Assembly: GCA_020891255.1 (NCBI GenBank)
Contig: BQFW01000012.1
Location: 2,604,001 to 2,668,000 of the forward strand
Length of the DNA stretch: 64,000 nucleotides
Reading direction: 5' to 3'
Source: Entomortierella parvispora E1425
Taxonomy: Eukaryota; Fungi; Mortierellomycota
Shown piece by piece: positions 12,657 through 24,441 of this stretch (its first letter is position 1; each line of letters starts with the position of its first letter). The position numbers and the translations under genes are program-made. The notes beneath the pieces are model-generated. The model saw only the letters and a list, made by a program, of their open reading frames with translations. It was not told the DNA's origin and did not search any database.

Positions 12657-14471
12657 TCACAGAGGATCAAAGTTGGACGTGTCAAACAGACTACCCGAGC
12701 CCCCGCTTCCGTCCTGGAACTGGGGTGCGCGTCGCTCAAACGTGTTCAGGTCAGAGACATTTCCTGTCGACACGATTGCGCCCACTGCGGCACTGGAACC
12801 TTCCTGGGGCGCGTTGGTGGTCCGTTTGGCAGCTGCAGGGATGGTCGCGATCCTAGGGGAGGACAAGGATGACAGTGGCGGTGGAACGTATCCACTCTGC
12901 GACCCCTGTCCACTAAAAGTAGGACGGGTTGAGACGTTGGCAATTGGACGCAGTGGTGGATTTTGAGCCATAGACGAGTATTCATGGAAAGCCGACAATC
13001 CGTCGCGTCCAGTGCTGACCTCCCCTGGAGCAGGCGCGGCTGGCAGGGCCTCATTGAATCCTGACCTGTTCGTTGCAGAGGATGGGAATCGATCCAGTCC
13101 GCTGTTGTTGAGTGGCAAGGGTCCGACTGTCATGGATCCCTCGGCAGGCATAGATGTCATATCTACGAGTCCTCCCCAATCGCCTGCAGAGCTGGTAGGC
13201 GATCCTGGGATCAGCACGGTGTACTGGTCGGACGTGGGTCGCGTCGCCTTTCTCAGCTCCACAGGATTCACTAGTAAAGGTGGGGGAATGACTGTGGGTC
13301 CTGCAGGTGGTGGAAGACCTCCTCCTACTGCTGGTGGGGCAGGGGCTCCCCCTCCCGGTGGACCAGTGGGTTGAGTTGAAGGTGAAATCTGGGAACCTCC
13401 ACCAACATTAGTCAGACCTTGATTACCACCACTGCTTGTGGGCCCCGGCTGATGGAAACCATGTCCCAGAGTCTGTTGCGCTCCTCCTTGATCAGGCAAT
13501 CCAGATTGCGGTTGAACTTGCTGTGCCTGGCCCTGCGATGGATCCGAATGTCCCTGCCCTTGGGAGTCTGGTTCTTGATGATGATGCTGAAGAGGGTGCT
13601 GGTGCTGTCCATCTCCATGGTGGCTCGTATAATGATGATTATAGTCGCTCCCGTGATACATGGGTTCCATTTCATGGTGCTGATCATGGTCGCTATGATC
13701 CTGGTAATGATGATTATGTGGGTGGTAGCCGGCGTTGCTCATCAGCGGGGCAGGGGGCGTGTGGTCAATTGGTAGATGGTCAAAGTCGTGTTGACTCAGG
13801 GCCTTGTGATGTCTCTTACGGGCCTTCATGACGAACACCGTGCTAAAAAAGCCAATGAAGGCCACACCAGCAACAGCGATGCCAACAATGGCAGAAGTGG
13901 GCAGACCACTGGACCCTGGATCGGCTTTGACATTTGTTGGAGCGACTAGACTGCTGCCGGTTGAAGAGGTAAGAGAACCTATACTGTCTGGTACGAATGA
14001 AGAGAAGGATGATAGGATTGAGGAAGAGGACAACAAGGACTTCATAACCGCGGACGAGGACGTGGCATAGGAGGAAGATGCAGGGGTGGTGAGGGTAGTG
14101 GCGGGAGTTTTACTTGTCATCGAGATCGTAACGAAGAGCGAGGATGTGACACGGGAAAGAAGTGGAGGAGTTGTGGTAGTGGAAGTGGAAGTAGTGGTCA
14201 GCGTTTTACTTGTCAGCGTGTTCGCAGAGAAGGTCGTATGGATGGCGCTGGTTGGCACAGCAGGTTTTGACGGGGCGATGGTTGTAGTCGGTGCAGGGGG
14301 AATGGTGGTGGTCGTGGTGGTCGTCCGAACGATGATTGTGGTGGTGGTAGTTGTTGCAGGACGAGTTGTTGGGGGAGGAGCTGCAGTTGTAGTTGTCGAA
14401 GGGGCGGTGGTGGTCGTGGTCTTCGGTACTTCTGTGGTCGTCGTGGGACGAGGGATAATGATAACATCCAT
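12657..14471 (-). CDS. Thr/Ser-rich single-pass membrane protein (mucin/Mid2-like) with a His-rich and Pro-rich cytoplasmic tail
   Basis: Long ORF with a T/S-rich N-terminal half and one TM segment (AIVGIAVAGVAFIGFFSTVFVM) followed by KARKR. First ATG is at 14471; an upstream exon is not excluded. Confidence 0.75.
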   Translation of the reverse strand: MDVIIIPRPTTTTEVPKTTTTTAPSTTTTAAPPPTTRPATTTTTTIIVRTTTTTTTIPPAPTTTIAPSKPAVPTSAIHTTFSANTLTSKTLTTTSTSTTTTPPLLSRVTSSLFVTISMTSKTPATTLTTPASSSYATSSSAVMKSLLSSSSILSSFSSFVPDSIGSLTSSTGSSLVAPTNVKADPGSSGLPTSAIVGIAVAGVAFIGFFSTVFVMKARKRHHKALSQHDFDHLPIDHTPPAPLMSNAGYHPHNHHYQDHSDHDQHHEMEPMYHGSDYNHHYTSHHGDGQHQHPLQHHHQEPDSQGQGHSDPSQGQAQQVQPQSGLPDQGGAQQTLGHGFHQPGPTSSGGNQGLTNVGGGSQISPSTQPTGPPGGGAPAPPAVGGGLPPPAGPTVIPPPLLVNPVELRKATRPTSDQYTVLIPGSPTSSAGDWGGLVDMTSMPAEGSMTVGPLPLNNSGLDRFPSSATNRSGFNEALPAAPAPGEVSTGRDGLSAFHEYSSMAQNPPLRPIANVSTRPTFSGQGSQSGYVPPPLSSLSSPRIATIPAAAKRTTNAPQEGSSAAVGAIVSTGNVSDLNTFERRAPQFQDGSGGSGSLFDTSNFDPL

Positions 14472-15613
14472 CTTGAGGGAATTTCCAAGGATGGGCAATG
14501 TAAGGGGATAATGAAGTGAAGAGAAGAGAACAACGAAAAGAGAGGAAAGAAAAAAGAAAAAAGAAAAAGCCTGGTCTTCATTTTGACGTTGCCTTCTGCG
14601 AGCAGCAGCAACTGCCCTTTGACAGGGCCTCGGGTCAAGTCGTCAACTTTGTTGTTGCGATGCACTGCCTTTACTACCGTTCTCCCCCCCTCCCGGGATG
14701 AGCGAGCGACCATCTCCGTCTGTGGTGCTTGAGGAGTCGACGTTTATAATCCCCAGATATCCCTGCACCGATGAGGTCGAGGCCTAAAAAAATCCTTTTT
14801 TTTTCCTTGCAAGTGAGAGCCCCTCTTCCCGGTGAACAACCTCCACTGCAGTAGCCGTGCGTCGGAGTCGTTCACAAAAAAAAAGCTGCGATCGAATGGA
14901 CCCTGGCCTGGCCTAGACCTTGAATGGTTGACAATACACCTGGACAAATAACCCTTTTTGGCAAAAGGAGACGAGATGACTTTTTTAAATTCGTGGCAGT
15001 GCTCTCTACAACCACTCCCCTGTCGCCGCCGTCGTTACTCTTGGAACAGCTGGAGCAGCCCATGTGCTGGATGCGGGGGGCTGATTACAAAGTAGCACCG
15101 CCTCAACTTGCTGTCGACCCTGATCGGCATGATAGTGATTGTCCAGGCCACCTTTGTCACCTACCTTGGGGGGAAAAAGTGGGGAGAGGCAGGCGTACTC
15201 AACGTTTGACGACAAAGAATGCCATGTTCTTGTTGTTGTTTCCACCCTTGGCTGTGGCAGCACTGATTAGGCTCATGCATGCAAGTTCTCGACCCTTTTT
15301 GTGGTGCAAACTCGTGCTCGTTCTGGGAAATGAAATTGCATGTTCTGCAAAGCAGGGCAGGCAGCCCCTCCATTTTTCGCGCGAATTCTCCGTTGCAATC
15401 CTACTTTTCCATCCTCCGGGGAAGGCCAGGAAGACATGCACACTGCCGTAATTGACATTCGTAGAGGAGCTCCTGCGGCGACAACGCAACGCGAAAAAAA
15501 AAAGGGCCAAAGGCAAGTCACGTGGTATGCACGCGTCAGTCCTTTTTTTTGTCGTGTGCGCCAAAGCAATGCATGCATCGCTCCTGAATCTCTCCTCATT
15601 CCCAAAACTTGCC

Positions 15614-18600
15614 ATGGTAGCAAAGAAGAAAAAGACATCCAAGAAGGCCAAGGGCAAGGCACCCCAGAAGAACAATGCCGACTTTGAGACCGGTACTGCC
15701 CATGGTCCATCCTGAAATGCATGTTTGCCATCCCTTCCGCAGCGTCGGTACTTCGAACCAACTTGCTAACCACCACTCGATCAATCCCGTTACTGCAAAT
15801 AGACGAGGCGATAATGGCTGAAGTCATAGAAGGATCCAAAGCAACTGCGAACAATGCTGGGATCGCAACCGTAGACGAGTCCGTACTCTCGAGCGCCATC
15901 GAGGCTTCCTTGCAGGATCAACAACAACCAGCGTCATTAGATACCGATTTGTCAGCGGAGGACATTTTGGCTCTACAGGACCTGCAAGGGATTGAAAAGT
16001 GCCCACATGCTAAGGACTCCATCAAACTACCTGTGTTCCGGAAAACTATTACCGACCAGAAGGACTGGGATCACTGCACGACCTGTCTAGGTCTTCAGGC
16101 TCAATTCAAGACGGTACCAGTGAACATGCGTCCCTTGATGGCGATGCTCCAGAATGGGTTCACGGCCGAAGAACTCCCAGCAACGGCGCTGTGGATCTGT
16201 TTGACTTGCGGGGTGATTAACTGCGGAAGGGCATTGAGAGAGCACGCAATCGCTCATGAAAAGTCCACCAACCATACCCATCCGCTGGCTATGAATCTTG
16301 CGACGTTGGATTGCTGGTAAGCGCTCTTTCCTCAAATGAGGCCGACAGCATGGTTTCCTATTCTGCGATGCTGATTCCTCTCGACCCTTTTCTTTTCAGG
16401 TGTTACGAGTGCGATGGTCAATTGTTGACGACAAAAGGCAAGAATTCAACTGTTCAAGAGTGTCACTCTATTTTGTCAAAGACACTTCAGGCAAAGCAGG
16501 CAAAGGCGAGAGGTACTATTTCCTCAGGGTATGATTGCTTTGATCGAATGGATGACCCAATGACTAACAGTAAGGAGAACACAACTATTAGCGATTTCTG
16601 AGGCCAGAGCAAAAAACTCCAGGGGCGCTCTTGTTAATGGTGCACCGGCGAAAGCAAAGGTCCATGCCCCAGGACTCCAAAATTTGGGCAACACTTGCTT
16701 TTTCAACTCAGTGGTGCAGGTAATCAACAGCAATCAAACAATCCCCGCTTCGTCATTGACTCAGGAGCTTACAAACGCGATCGATTGTTCTCATTTACAC
16801 CATAGGTCTTGATAGAGACAAAGTCTCTCCAGACAATCTTTTCCGAATCTGGAAGGGTCACTTTCCCTCCTTCTCTATCGATCAGTACCAATAAGGGCCT
16901 AGGACCATTGACAACGACTTTCAAGGACTTTTTGTCGACCATGTGGAAGCAGCAGGGAGGGATCGTTACACCGAGGGATCTTTTTACCCAGATTGCAAAA
17001 AAGTGGAAGGTGTTTCAAGGATTTCAGGAGCAGGACAGTCAGGAGCTGATGCGACATCTTCTGGATGGAATCCGACAGGAGGAGGTGAACTTGATTAAGA
17101 AGCAAGCTGGAGCGACTTCTTCAAATGACCCTAACGCCGCTTCATCATCAGAGTATGTCCCGTTTATTGACAGCTGCTTTTCTGGAAAGCTCGTCAGTGT
17201 TATTGTCTGCGACGCATGCAAGAAGGTACAACAACAAGGAGAATTGTCAACCGTTTCTTTTTTTTTTTTTTTTTTTTTTTGGCCATTGGGCCATTTTTCT
17301 TGCACATTTACAGACTTTACTAACTGAAGACTTTTCACTATGTAGTGTTCCTATGCATACGAAGACTACTATGACTTGTCCTTGCCGGTCAAGGGAATTG
17401 CAGAGGTACTGCCCGTGATTCTGTTGCTGGACGTGTATTGTCGGATATCATGTCTTCACCTTGACTCACATGCTCTTTATATTGATGCAATAGCCTGCAG
17501 TCAGTGAGGGAGGAAGCTTAAAGGAGCTGCTGCTAGCTCGTTCTAGGGCATCTTTGAACAATATTCCTGCTCCAGACAACAACAACTCTTACGGGATCTC
17601 CAAGGAGGACCAGGGCTCGGAAGCCCACTTGCGTCACGTGGAAAAGCTTCTCAAGACTGTGCCCATGCAGTCCAACTCGAGGATCCTCTCAATTGAGCGC
17701 TCACTGAATCAATTCACGAGCGTGGACTCTTTGGATGGCGATAACAAGTTTGCATGCGAAAACTGCTACAAACTATCCAAGGATGGCCGGATCACGCCAG
17801 TTCCAGAAGATGAAGAGATGGCCAATGGCAGCGCCAAGGACTCAACAACTGAGGATCAACAGAAAGATGAGTCAAGCGAAACCAAGCCGAAGATCGAGGC
17901 GAACACAGAGAAGGAAGAAGAACCGAAACACATCCTTCGAAGGGCCTACAAGCGATATTTTGTTTCGAGCCTGCCTCCAACATTAGTGTTGCATCTGAAG
18001 CGATTCGAGCAGTCGAACTCACGATTTGGGATGATGAGAAAAATCGAGGATGAAGTGGATATTCCGGCAGAGCTGGATATGGCTCCATATTGTATCCCCA
18101 GGAGTGAAGTTGAGGAAGAGGAGACTGCTGAGGCTGTGGATCAGGAGTCCAAGGTCAGGTCTTTGGCCGTAAACGAGACAAAAGATGGCAAACCTGTCTC
18201 GACAAAGTACCGGCTGTACGGAGCGACGGTCCATCAGGGGTCCTTGGCCAGTGGCCATTACACAAACTACGTCTTGTCGTCCAAGGTTGAAGTAGCACCT
18301 GCACCGGAAAAGGACAAGGTTCTGCCTTCGACGGCAGTGACGGCTGCAAACGGGCAGGTGTTGCCGGATGTACCCCTCTCAGCCTTGATAGCTCAACAGT
18401 CAAAGAAGAAAGGCAAAAAGGGTGGCAAGAAAAGTGGCGGGGGCAACGGCCAGGCAAGTCAGCCTGGCAGTACAGCGGCTGCGAATGAACCTGCGGTGGT
18501 GTTGGACGCGACAGAGGAGAAAAAAGATGATCCTCGTCAATGGATCCATTGCAGCGATACCATTGTCCGACTGGCGACATTGGATGAGGTGCTCGATAGC

Positions 18601-18633
18601 CGTCCGTACCTGCTCTACTATGAGCGATGCTAG
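15614..18633 (+). CDS. Ubiquitin C-terminal hydrolase with zf-UBP domain, USP16/USP45-like; multi-exon
   Basis: zf-UBP (CPH...CTTC...LWICLTCG..NCGR...HA..H), Cys box GLQNLGNTCFFNSVVQ, QEQDSQEL, His box HQGSLASGHY, WIHCSD, YLLYYER. The start in a Lys-rich first exon at 15614 is inferred. Confidence 0.9.
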
Positions 18634-18975
18634 CCTGGTATTCCTTTAGAAGTTTGACCGTAGTATTTATTCCAAAAAAAAAATGTAGAATCTGCTGGCA
18701 CATGCACCATCGTACATGTATGGTCTGACAATGAGAGCCATTGAGTAGCGTGACCAGAGTCGATTGGGCGCAGCCAGCCAAGGTGAGCCTTCTTGGTGGA
18801 AGCTTCGAGGTGAATGGACGAGGACGGAGCGTCCAAGGCAACCGAGACGAGACCGCGCCTTGCAAGGGATGGACGTGTCATGAAGACGCGCAAGGGGCGC
18901 TTGACTTGACTCGTCACGTGGAACAGAGACATTGAGGACGACTGGGAGCGGGTCGCCGAGGCGTGAGAGTCGCCT

Positions 18976-18982
18976 TATAAAA
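18976..18982 (+). promoter_or_regulatory. Putative TATA box upstream of the Stf2-like gene
   Basis: TATAAAA 185 nt upstream of the ATG at 19161, with GTCACGTG at 18913-18920. Confidence 0.45.
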
Positions 18983-19160
18983 CCGCCTGTCTTTTCGTCT
19001 CTTGTTTGCCTCTTCATCATCAACCTTTCACTTTTTGTTTCTCCCCCACTCGTCCTCTGCTCCCGCACAACAAGTCAGCCAGGTCTAACCAGCTCTCTAC
19101 CGGTTCTCGTTGCAACCAAAACTCTTTCACCCTTCCTCGTCCTCCTTTTCGAAACTCAGG

Positions 19161-20086
19161 ATGACTCGCACCCGCACCGGCGACTACAAGGACCCTACCA
19201 ACGCCCCTCGCGAGCGCCGCCAGTCTCGGTAGAGTCACCTGCTGTTCATCTCTACCTGAACTTGCACCTAGTTTGATACTGGGTAGATAGTTTTCTAACC
19301 GTCATTTTGCTTTGTATTATCTGCAACGCGTCTTCGTTCGACTTGCTCTCAGAAATGGCCTTGGTGACCCCAGAGCGATTCCAAAGAAGGCTGGAGCCGG
19401 AAACGGAAACTGGGGAGTTCTCGGTGTGGAAGTCAAGGACTTGGAGCAGGATTCCTTCACTGGGTAAGATATGGACAGAGGTTTGGACCCACCTCCGCCA
19501 GCACAGCAAATAGACTCTATGTCAGCCGACTGACTTGGGAGAAAGGTGGAGTGGAGTGGAGAATTCGACCTTTGTGCTCCCACGCTCAATTAACTGCCGA
19601 GTCGCGTGTACAGAGACAATTTTGTTCTAACGGCCTGCCTTTCTCCTTTCCTCCGTTCTTCTTTCCTAATCTTGACAATCATTTTTGCTGCTCTGCCTTA
19701 GAGCTGCAAGTTCGTCCCCTGTCGAGAACAAGATCTCTGTAAGTGCGACAGAACTTTTTGCTGAGTTGCTGCCTGTTGACCCTTTTTGTTGCACTTGCTC
19801 ATTTTATTCCCGCAACCCGTTTTGTTGCATGAATTCGAGCGATTCAAAAAATGGGTCGTCACACGATCAACCCCACTCTAATTTCATGTATTAACCTGGG
19901 TCGTATCCCAAAACATTTTTTTTTTCTTGGTTTCTTCCAAAGGTGACTGACGCAAAGACCTTCAGCTTCTTGCAAGGCAATTCGGGTCAGGCAAACAACG
20001 ACAACAACGCCGCTGCCAGCAATGGCTCCAGCACTGTTGAACAGGCCTCCAATGGCAATGCCTCGTCCTCAAACTCGGCCAAGTGA
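19161..20086 (+). CDS. Small Stf2/Tma10-like protein (HABP4/PAI-RBP1-type motif); exons 19161-19228, 19353-19463, 19702-19738, 19943-20086
   Basis: All three introns splice in phase: MTRTRTGDYKDPTNAPRERRQSRNGLGDPRAIPKKAGAGNGNWGVLG...SAK*. KKAGAGNGNWG resembles the Stf2/Tma10 KKQGSGKGNWG motif. Confidence 0.72.
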
Positions 20087-20466
20087 AACTGACGTGGCTA
20101 CGGCTACGTCAGGAATCAATTGCGTCCATCCTACCGGATACGCAAGCCCAGACGCCTCTTTTTTCGTTGCTAATCCAAAAAAATACCAAAAAAAAGCAAG
20201 TTGTTTCCATACTGTCCTTTAGTTCCTCTCTTGGCCTCTCTGTTGGTCTTCTTTGTAAATAGTGTAGCTTCAATACAAGTTTTTTTATTCTTATACAGCT
20301 CGCGCTAAATCCTTCACAGTCGTCAATCCAGAGGCATTTATCCATTGATTTCTCTCTAGGAAAAGCAAAGCACCAAGAAAACCCCATCTAAACCAGCAGA
20401 AAAAAAAAGCGTTGCTGTCCTGCTGATCCGAGTTTCGTCCACGCAATAGCTGTTGGAAGGCGGTCC

Positions 20467-21106
20467 TTATCCTGGTCCGACCTTGGGGATATCGTAATGC
20501 TCAGTCATCTCCTCGAGCTTTCGATTCAGTTCCTAGAGTGCACAAAAGAAAGAATGAAGGAATATCAGATCACGAAGTACAAGTGCACAGATCGATCGGA
20601 GGGGACTTGACAAACTTGGGCAACACTTACGGCAACCTTCTCCTTGTGTGATTTCATGGCCGACTTCAAGACCTTTTCCTCTTGCTACGAACACGCAGTT
20701 AGATTGTAAAAGCGGGTTAGATCCGTGCAGTGGTTGGCTGGCTTTTTTTTCCTTCAGGCAGCTCAGTTTGAGACTGATATCCTTACTCTTTTGCGCTGCA
20801 CTTCAAGGAACTTGAGCTCGGCAGCGGTCTTCTCAATAACCTTAATGGGCTTTGTGGAAGGAGGAGTTGATTCCCTGGCTTCCACAGCAGCCTTGACTAC
20901 TTTAGAAGCATCGGTTTTTTTCTTTTTCCTGGAAGGGCAGAGAGGTACCAGACATGGAAGGACATGGAAACAGAGTCAGTGAATGAACGCGCCGAAATGA
21001 AGAGCAGAATGATAGGGTTTCGCTGGAGGGGAGCGAATTACTTCTTGACGATGCCGCCGCCCTTGAACTTGAGCGAGCCTCCGCCGACACTTTCGTATTC
21101 GGACAT
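20467..21106 (-). CDS. FAM32A: FAM32A-like (DUF1754) protein; 4 exons
   Basis: MSEYESVGGGSLKFKGG..., KTAAELKFLEVQRKR, KSHKEKVAELNRKLEEMTEHYDIPKVGPG*. Confidence 0.88.
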
Positions 21107-21438
21107 GAGAACGTTGCGCTGTGGGAGTAGGGAGTGTGAATGGGTGTGTTGTTGCTGACATGCTTCGCATGCTGCAGCAGGCTGAGCAAAAACGAGAAGA
21201 AAAATCAGTCACGTGCACTCATGAAGAAAAAACAGTGAGCAAAGTGAAGGCGCAGGACAAGGTCGAAAGGAAAAAGAAAAAAACATCTGCCTTGCCTTTC
21301 TCATCCCATTACATCCGTTGCTATCACGAGGACCCAACAGGAGAAGCAGACTGCATCACAAGACAGGGCTCAATCGGACACAACCCAACACCAGGAATCA
21401 GGAAGGATCCCCGTTCATTCGTCTATACACCCACAACA

Positions 21439-22155
21439 ATGGAGATTATCAAGGCCGACTCGGCCATGCTCAGTAACTACGAGGTCATGACCCTTCTCAG
21501 CGACCAGAAATCACAACGGTTAGCCAACCATGTAGCAGGAAGTCATGAAGTCGCCGAGAATTTGCGCACAGTTGAATTCGAGGTAAAGGAGCAGCTTCGC
21601 TTTTTTTTTCACTGCTGGATCAGATATCACCGCAGGAGATCATCTTGGGCGTTTGCTCTGGAAGCCTCACCCACTAAGGATGCTCTCTCTTTCTCTCTTG
21701 TCACTCTACCAGGTTCAAAAGTATCTTGCCACTTCGCCTTGCTCTACACAGTCACCGGATCAGATTTCAGCATTCAAACTGGCCTTTGCAGGATATGGGC
21801 TAATGAAGGTCGAACTCCTCCAAATCTTGAATCTCAGGCCAAGGTCTGCAGTCGAACTCTTGCTGGTAAGATCCTTAAAGCCGTTGATATTTGATCTTGA
21901 TAACATTGGTGTAGAAAGAGAAAAAGCAGTAACTTTGCTATGTGGTAGAACCTCGACCGTTTTTTTTTTTGCTTCTGTGTTTCTGATACCCTTTATTTGT
22001 TTGATCCCTCACGCGTGAAATAGGTCATTGAGGAATTCGAGGAGCGGTTTACTATGGATGACTGTGAACAAATGCTCCAGTCCATCAGAGAGTACTTGCC
22101 CCGGGACGACGATGTTGCGGACGAGGACATGGAAGAAGCCGAGGAGGAAGCATAA
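21439..22155 (+). CDS. RPC17: RNA polymerase III subunit RPC9/C17 (CRCP family); 3 exons
   Basis: MEIIKADSAMLSNYEVMTLL, NLRTVEFEVQKYL, LMKVELLQILNLRPRSAVEL, VIEEFEERF. Confidence 0.9.
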
Positions 22156-23028
22156 AAAGCCATTTGGAATAAACAAAAGGGCGTTGTACAACATTTTCAG
22201 GGATCTTTTTGTGGTGGTGGTCGTGAAGACAGCAGGAATCATCCGAAGTTCTTTCGCATGGGCGAGAACCACCTGGAGCTGGGTACTGGAAAGGGAAGAC
22301 AAAAGCTTTGGACAAATCACGCTGCCGAGAGCAGACGATCTGGGGCACTCCCGCTGCTGATTATTCCTCTTTGTCCTGATGTCCGCGGGTCGGGGTGACA
22401 ATCAGGCAGGTTTTTGCTTTTGCCTCATCTTGACCCCTATCACTCTCTGAAGAGACGCTCAGTTTGGAATCCAAAGAAAGAGCTGCAGAAGCGAGCAGGA
22501 TGAACGCAAGCGGAAAACAGCGCGCGGGACCACGAAAGCACAGTTGAGTGATCACCGACAACCCGAGGCCGCGCACTCATCATCTTCATGCACCCTCTTT
22601 TCACCCTCTGTCCGTCCTCTCCACCTCTTTTCAAGTAATCTGTTGCTGCTGTCTTCCTCTTCGTCTCCCCTGGTCAGTAGCCCATTTCCACCTTCCTTCC
22701 TCTCTTCCTCTGCCCTTTGCGCCTCCACCCCTCTCCGTCTCCAGTCCTGCGCGGGCTCTCCTGACTTAAATTTCACGCGTGCACCCGTCTGTCTCCTTAC
22801 GTTTTCTCTTCTACTCTTGGACCATCTGTCTTCTCCTTCCTGCCTTGTTCTATCCTTTTTCCCTGTAGTGGATCTCTGTTGCCATCTATTTCTCTCCCGT
22901 TCGCTCCCTCTCTGACTCTTCCCTTCGCTACGTACTTCCGTTATTCTTTTTCCATCCTACCCTCTCCTCCTCTCTCGCTTTCTCTCTCGCAAGAAAAAAA
23001 AAGCTCATTTCTCCTTCACTGACAAACC

Positions 23029-24441
23029 ATGCATCGACAAAGCAGCCCTTGGTCGAGTCCTCAGGACCCTCACAACTTGAAGCGTCGGCACACGCGTGGC
23101 AACACTTCCCAATCACATTCGTCCCTGCACTCGCTGTCGTCCTCTCCAAAGTCCTCCACAAAACACCATCCAAACTCAAAGCGTGATGAGGACGCCCTTC
23201 GATCGACCCCGCCACCTCCAGTGCGCTCTCAAACTTCTAAAAAATTCAACGACGATCAGGACGGGGACGACAGCTTGCAACCACACACCGCTACTGTGCC
23301 GACATGGTTTGGCTCTTTGAGAAGCTTTGCCCTCTCTGCCAGTACTAGCTCTCGTGGCGCCTTCACCCCCCTTGTGTCATCCAACTCTTCCAACAACCTC
23401 GCTCGCTCACAATCCTCCAACGCTTCACCGAGTCGTGGACGCTCCTCCTCGATCTACTACGCGGGCACTCTGGACGATCCCGACAGTGACTCTGACGAGT
23501 CTTGTGAGCAGGATGAACCCGTTACGAGTAAGAATGGACTCAAGGAGAACCGGATTCGAGGACCAAGGATGAGCTGGGCCATGTTGGATCCTTCCCTTGG
23601 TGCCGTGTTCGGATCGCAGGGCTATTCGGCCGTCCCGGGGAGGTCAGAGTCAGAATCTGATCTCTCCTCCCCTTCGTGTTCATCTTCATCTTCGAGCTCT
23701 GTGAGTTCACCAACGTTCTCGAGCGTGGAAGAGTTGAGTAACTCGGAGGCAAACTATCAAGATCAGTCCAAGACGAGCACAACTTCAGATATTCCGTCCA
23801 GCCTTGGGCACACCGTCCCTCCACCAGACGCCACCCAGGCCTACGCAACCGCTTCATCTTCTGGGTATACAAAGCCAGTACCGTCTACTTTTGCATTCTT
23901 GAAGTCCTATGTTCCTTCGTTTCCGGCCACAACTGGAGCTATCTCTCTTGGCTCTGACGACGAACCTCGCAAGTACAATAAGAACAAGCCCCCATCAACC
24001 AAACCTACCTCTCCGACCGCGTCCTGGTCCATTCGAAAGCTCTCTCTGAATTTTTTGAACAGTAATCAATACGAAGCTGTGCAAGTTACGGAAAAGAATG
24101 TTGACAAGGACGAAGACAAGGAGGAAGAGGAAGACGGGAACGTTGTTACGTTGGACATTGGAACAGTACCCCGCTATCGCGATGACTTTGAGGACGAGGA
24201 ACGGAACAATGATAGGGAAAGTCGTGCTCACAACAAGCCGGGACCAACGAGCTTGGCAGGCGCTTCGATTTCCTACCTGGGATCAATGTTGTCCAGCAAT
24301 GATGGATCCACACGGACACCCAACGACAAGAAAACGGATACTGTGAAGCCAAAGCAATACATCTCGTCCGATTTGCGAGACACGTTGGAGCAACTCCCGG
24401 TGACGAACCGGAGTCTTCGGAAGCAGGGACGCACTGACTGA
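23029..24441 (+). CDS. Ser-rich, probably disordered hypothetical protein (470 aa)
   Basis: Uninterrupted ORF flanked by a CT-rich leader and an AT-rich trailer. No domain recognised. Confidence 0.7.
   Translation: MHRQSSPWSSPQDPHNLKRRHTRGNTSQSHSSLHSLSSSPKSSTKHHPNSKRDEDALRSTPPPPVRSQTSKKFNDDQDGDDSLQPHTATVPTWFGSLRSFALSASTSSRGAFTPLVSSNSSNNLARSQSSNASPSRGRSSSIYYAGTLDDPDSDSDESCEQDEPVTSKNGLKENRIRGPRMSWAMLDPSLGAVFGSQGYSAVPGRSESESDLSSPSCSSSSSSSVSSPTFSSVEELSNSEANYQDQSKTSTTSDIPSSLGHTVPPPDATQAYATASSSGYTKPVPSTFAFLKSYVPSFPATTGAISLGSDDEPRKYNKNKPPSTKPTSPTASWSIRKLSLNFLNSNQYEAVQVTEKNVDKDEDKEEEEDGNVVTLDIGTVPRYRDDFEDEERNNDRESRAHNKPGPTSLAGASISYLGSMLSSNDGSTRTPNDKKTDTVKPKQYISSDLRDTLEQLPVTNRSLRKQGRTD

Noticed and set aside
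21121-21894. 257-aa ORF
   Set aside because: A chance fusion of leader, RPC17 exon 1 and retained intron sequence. The conserved protein starts at 21439.
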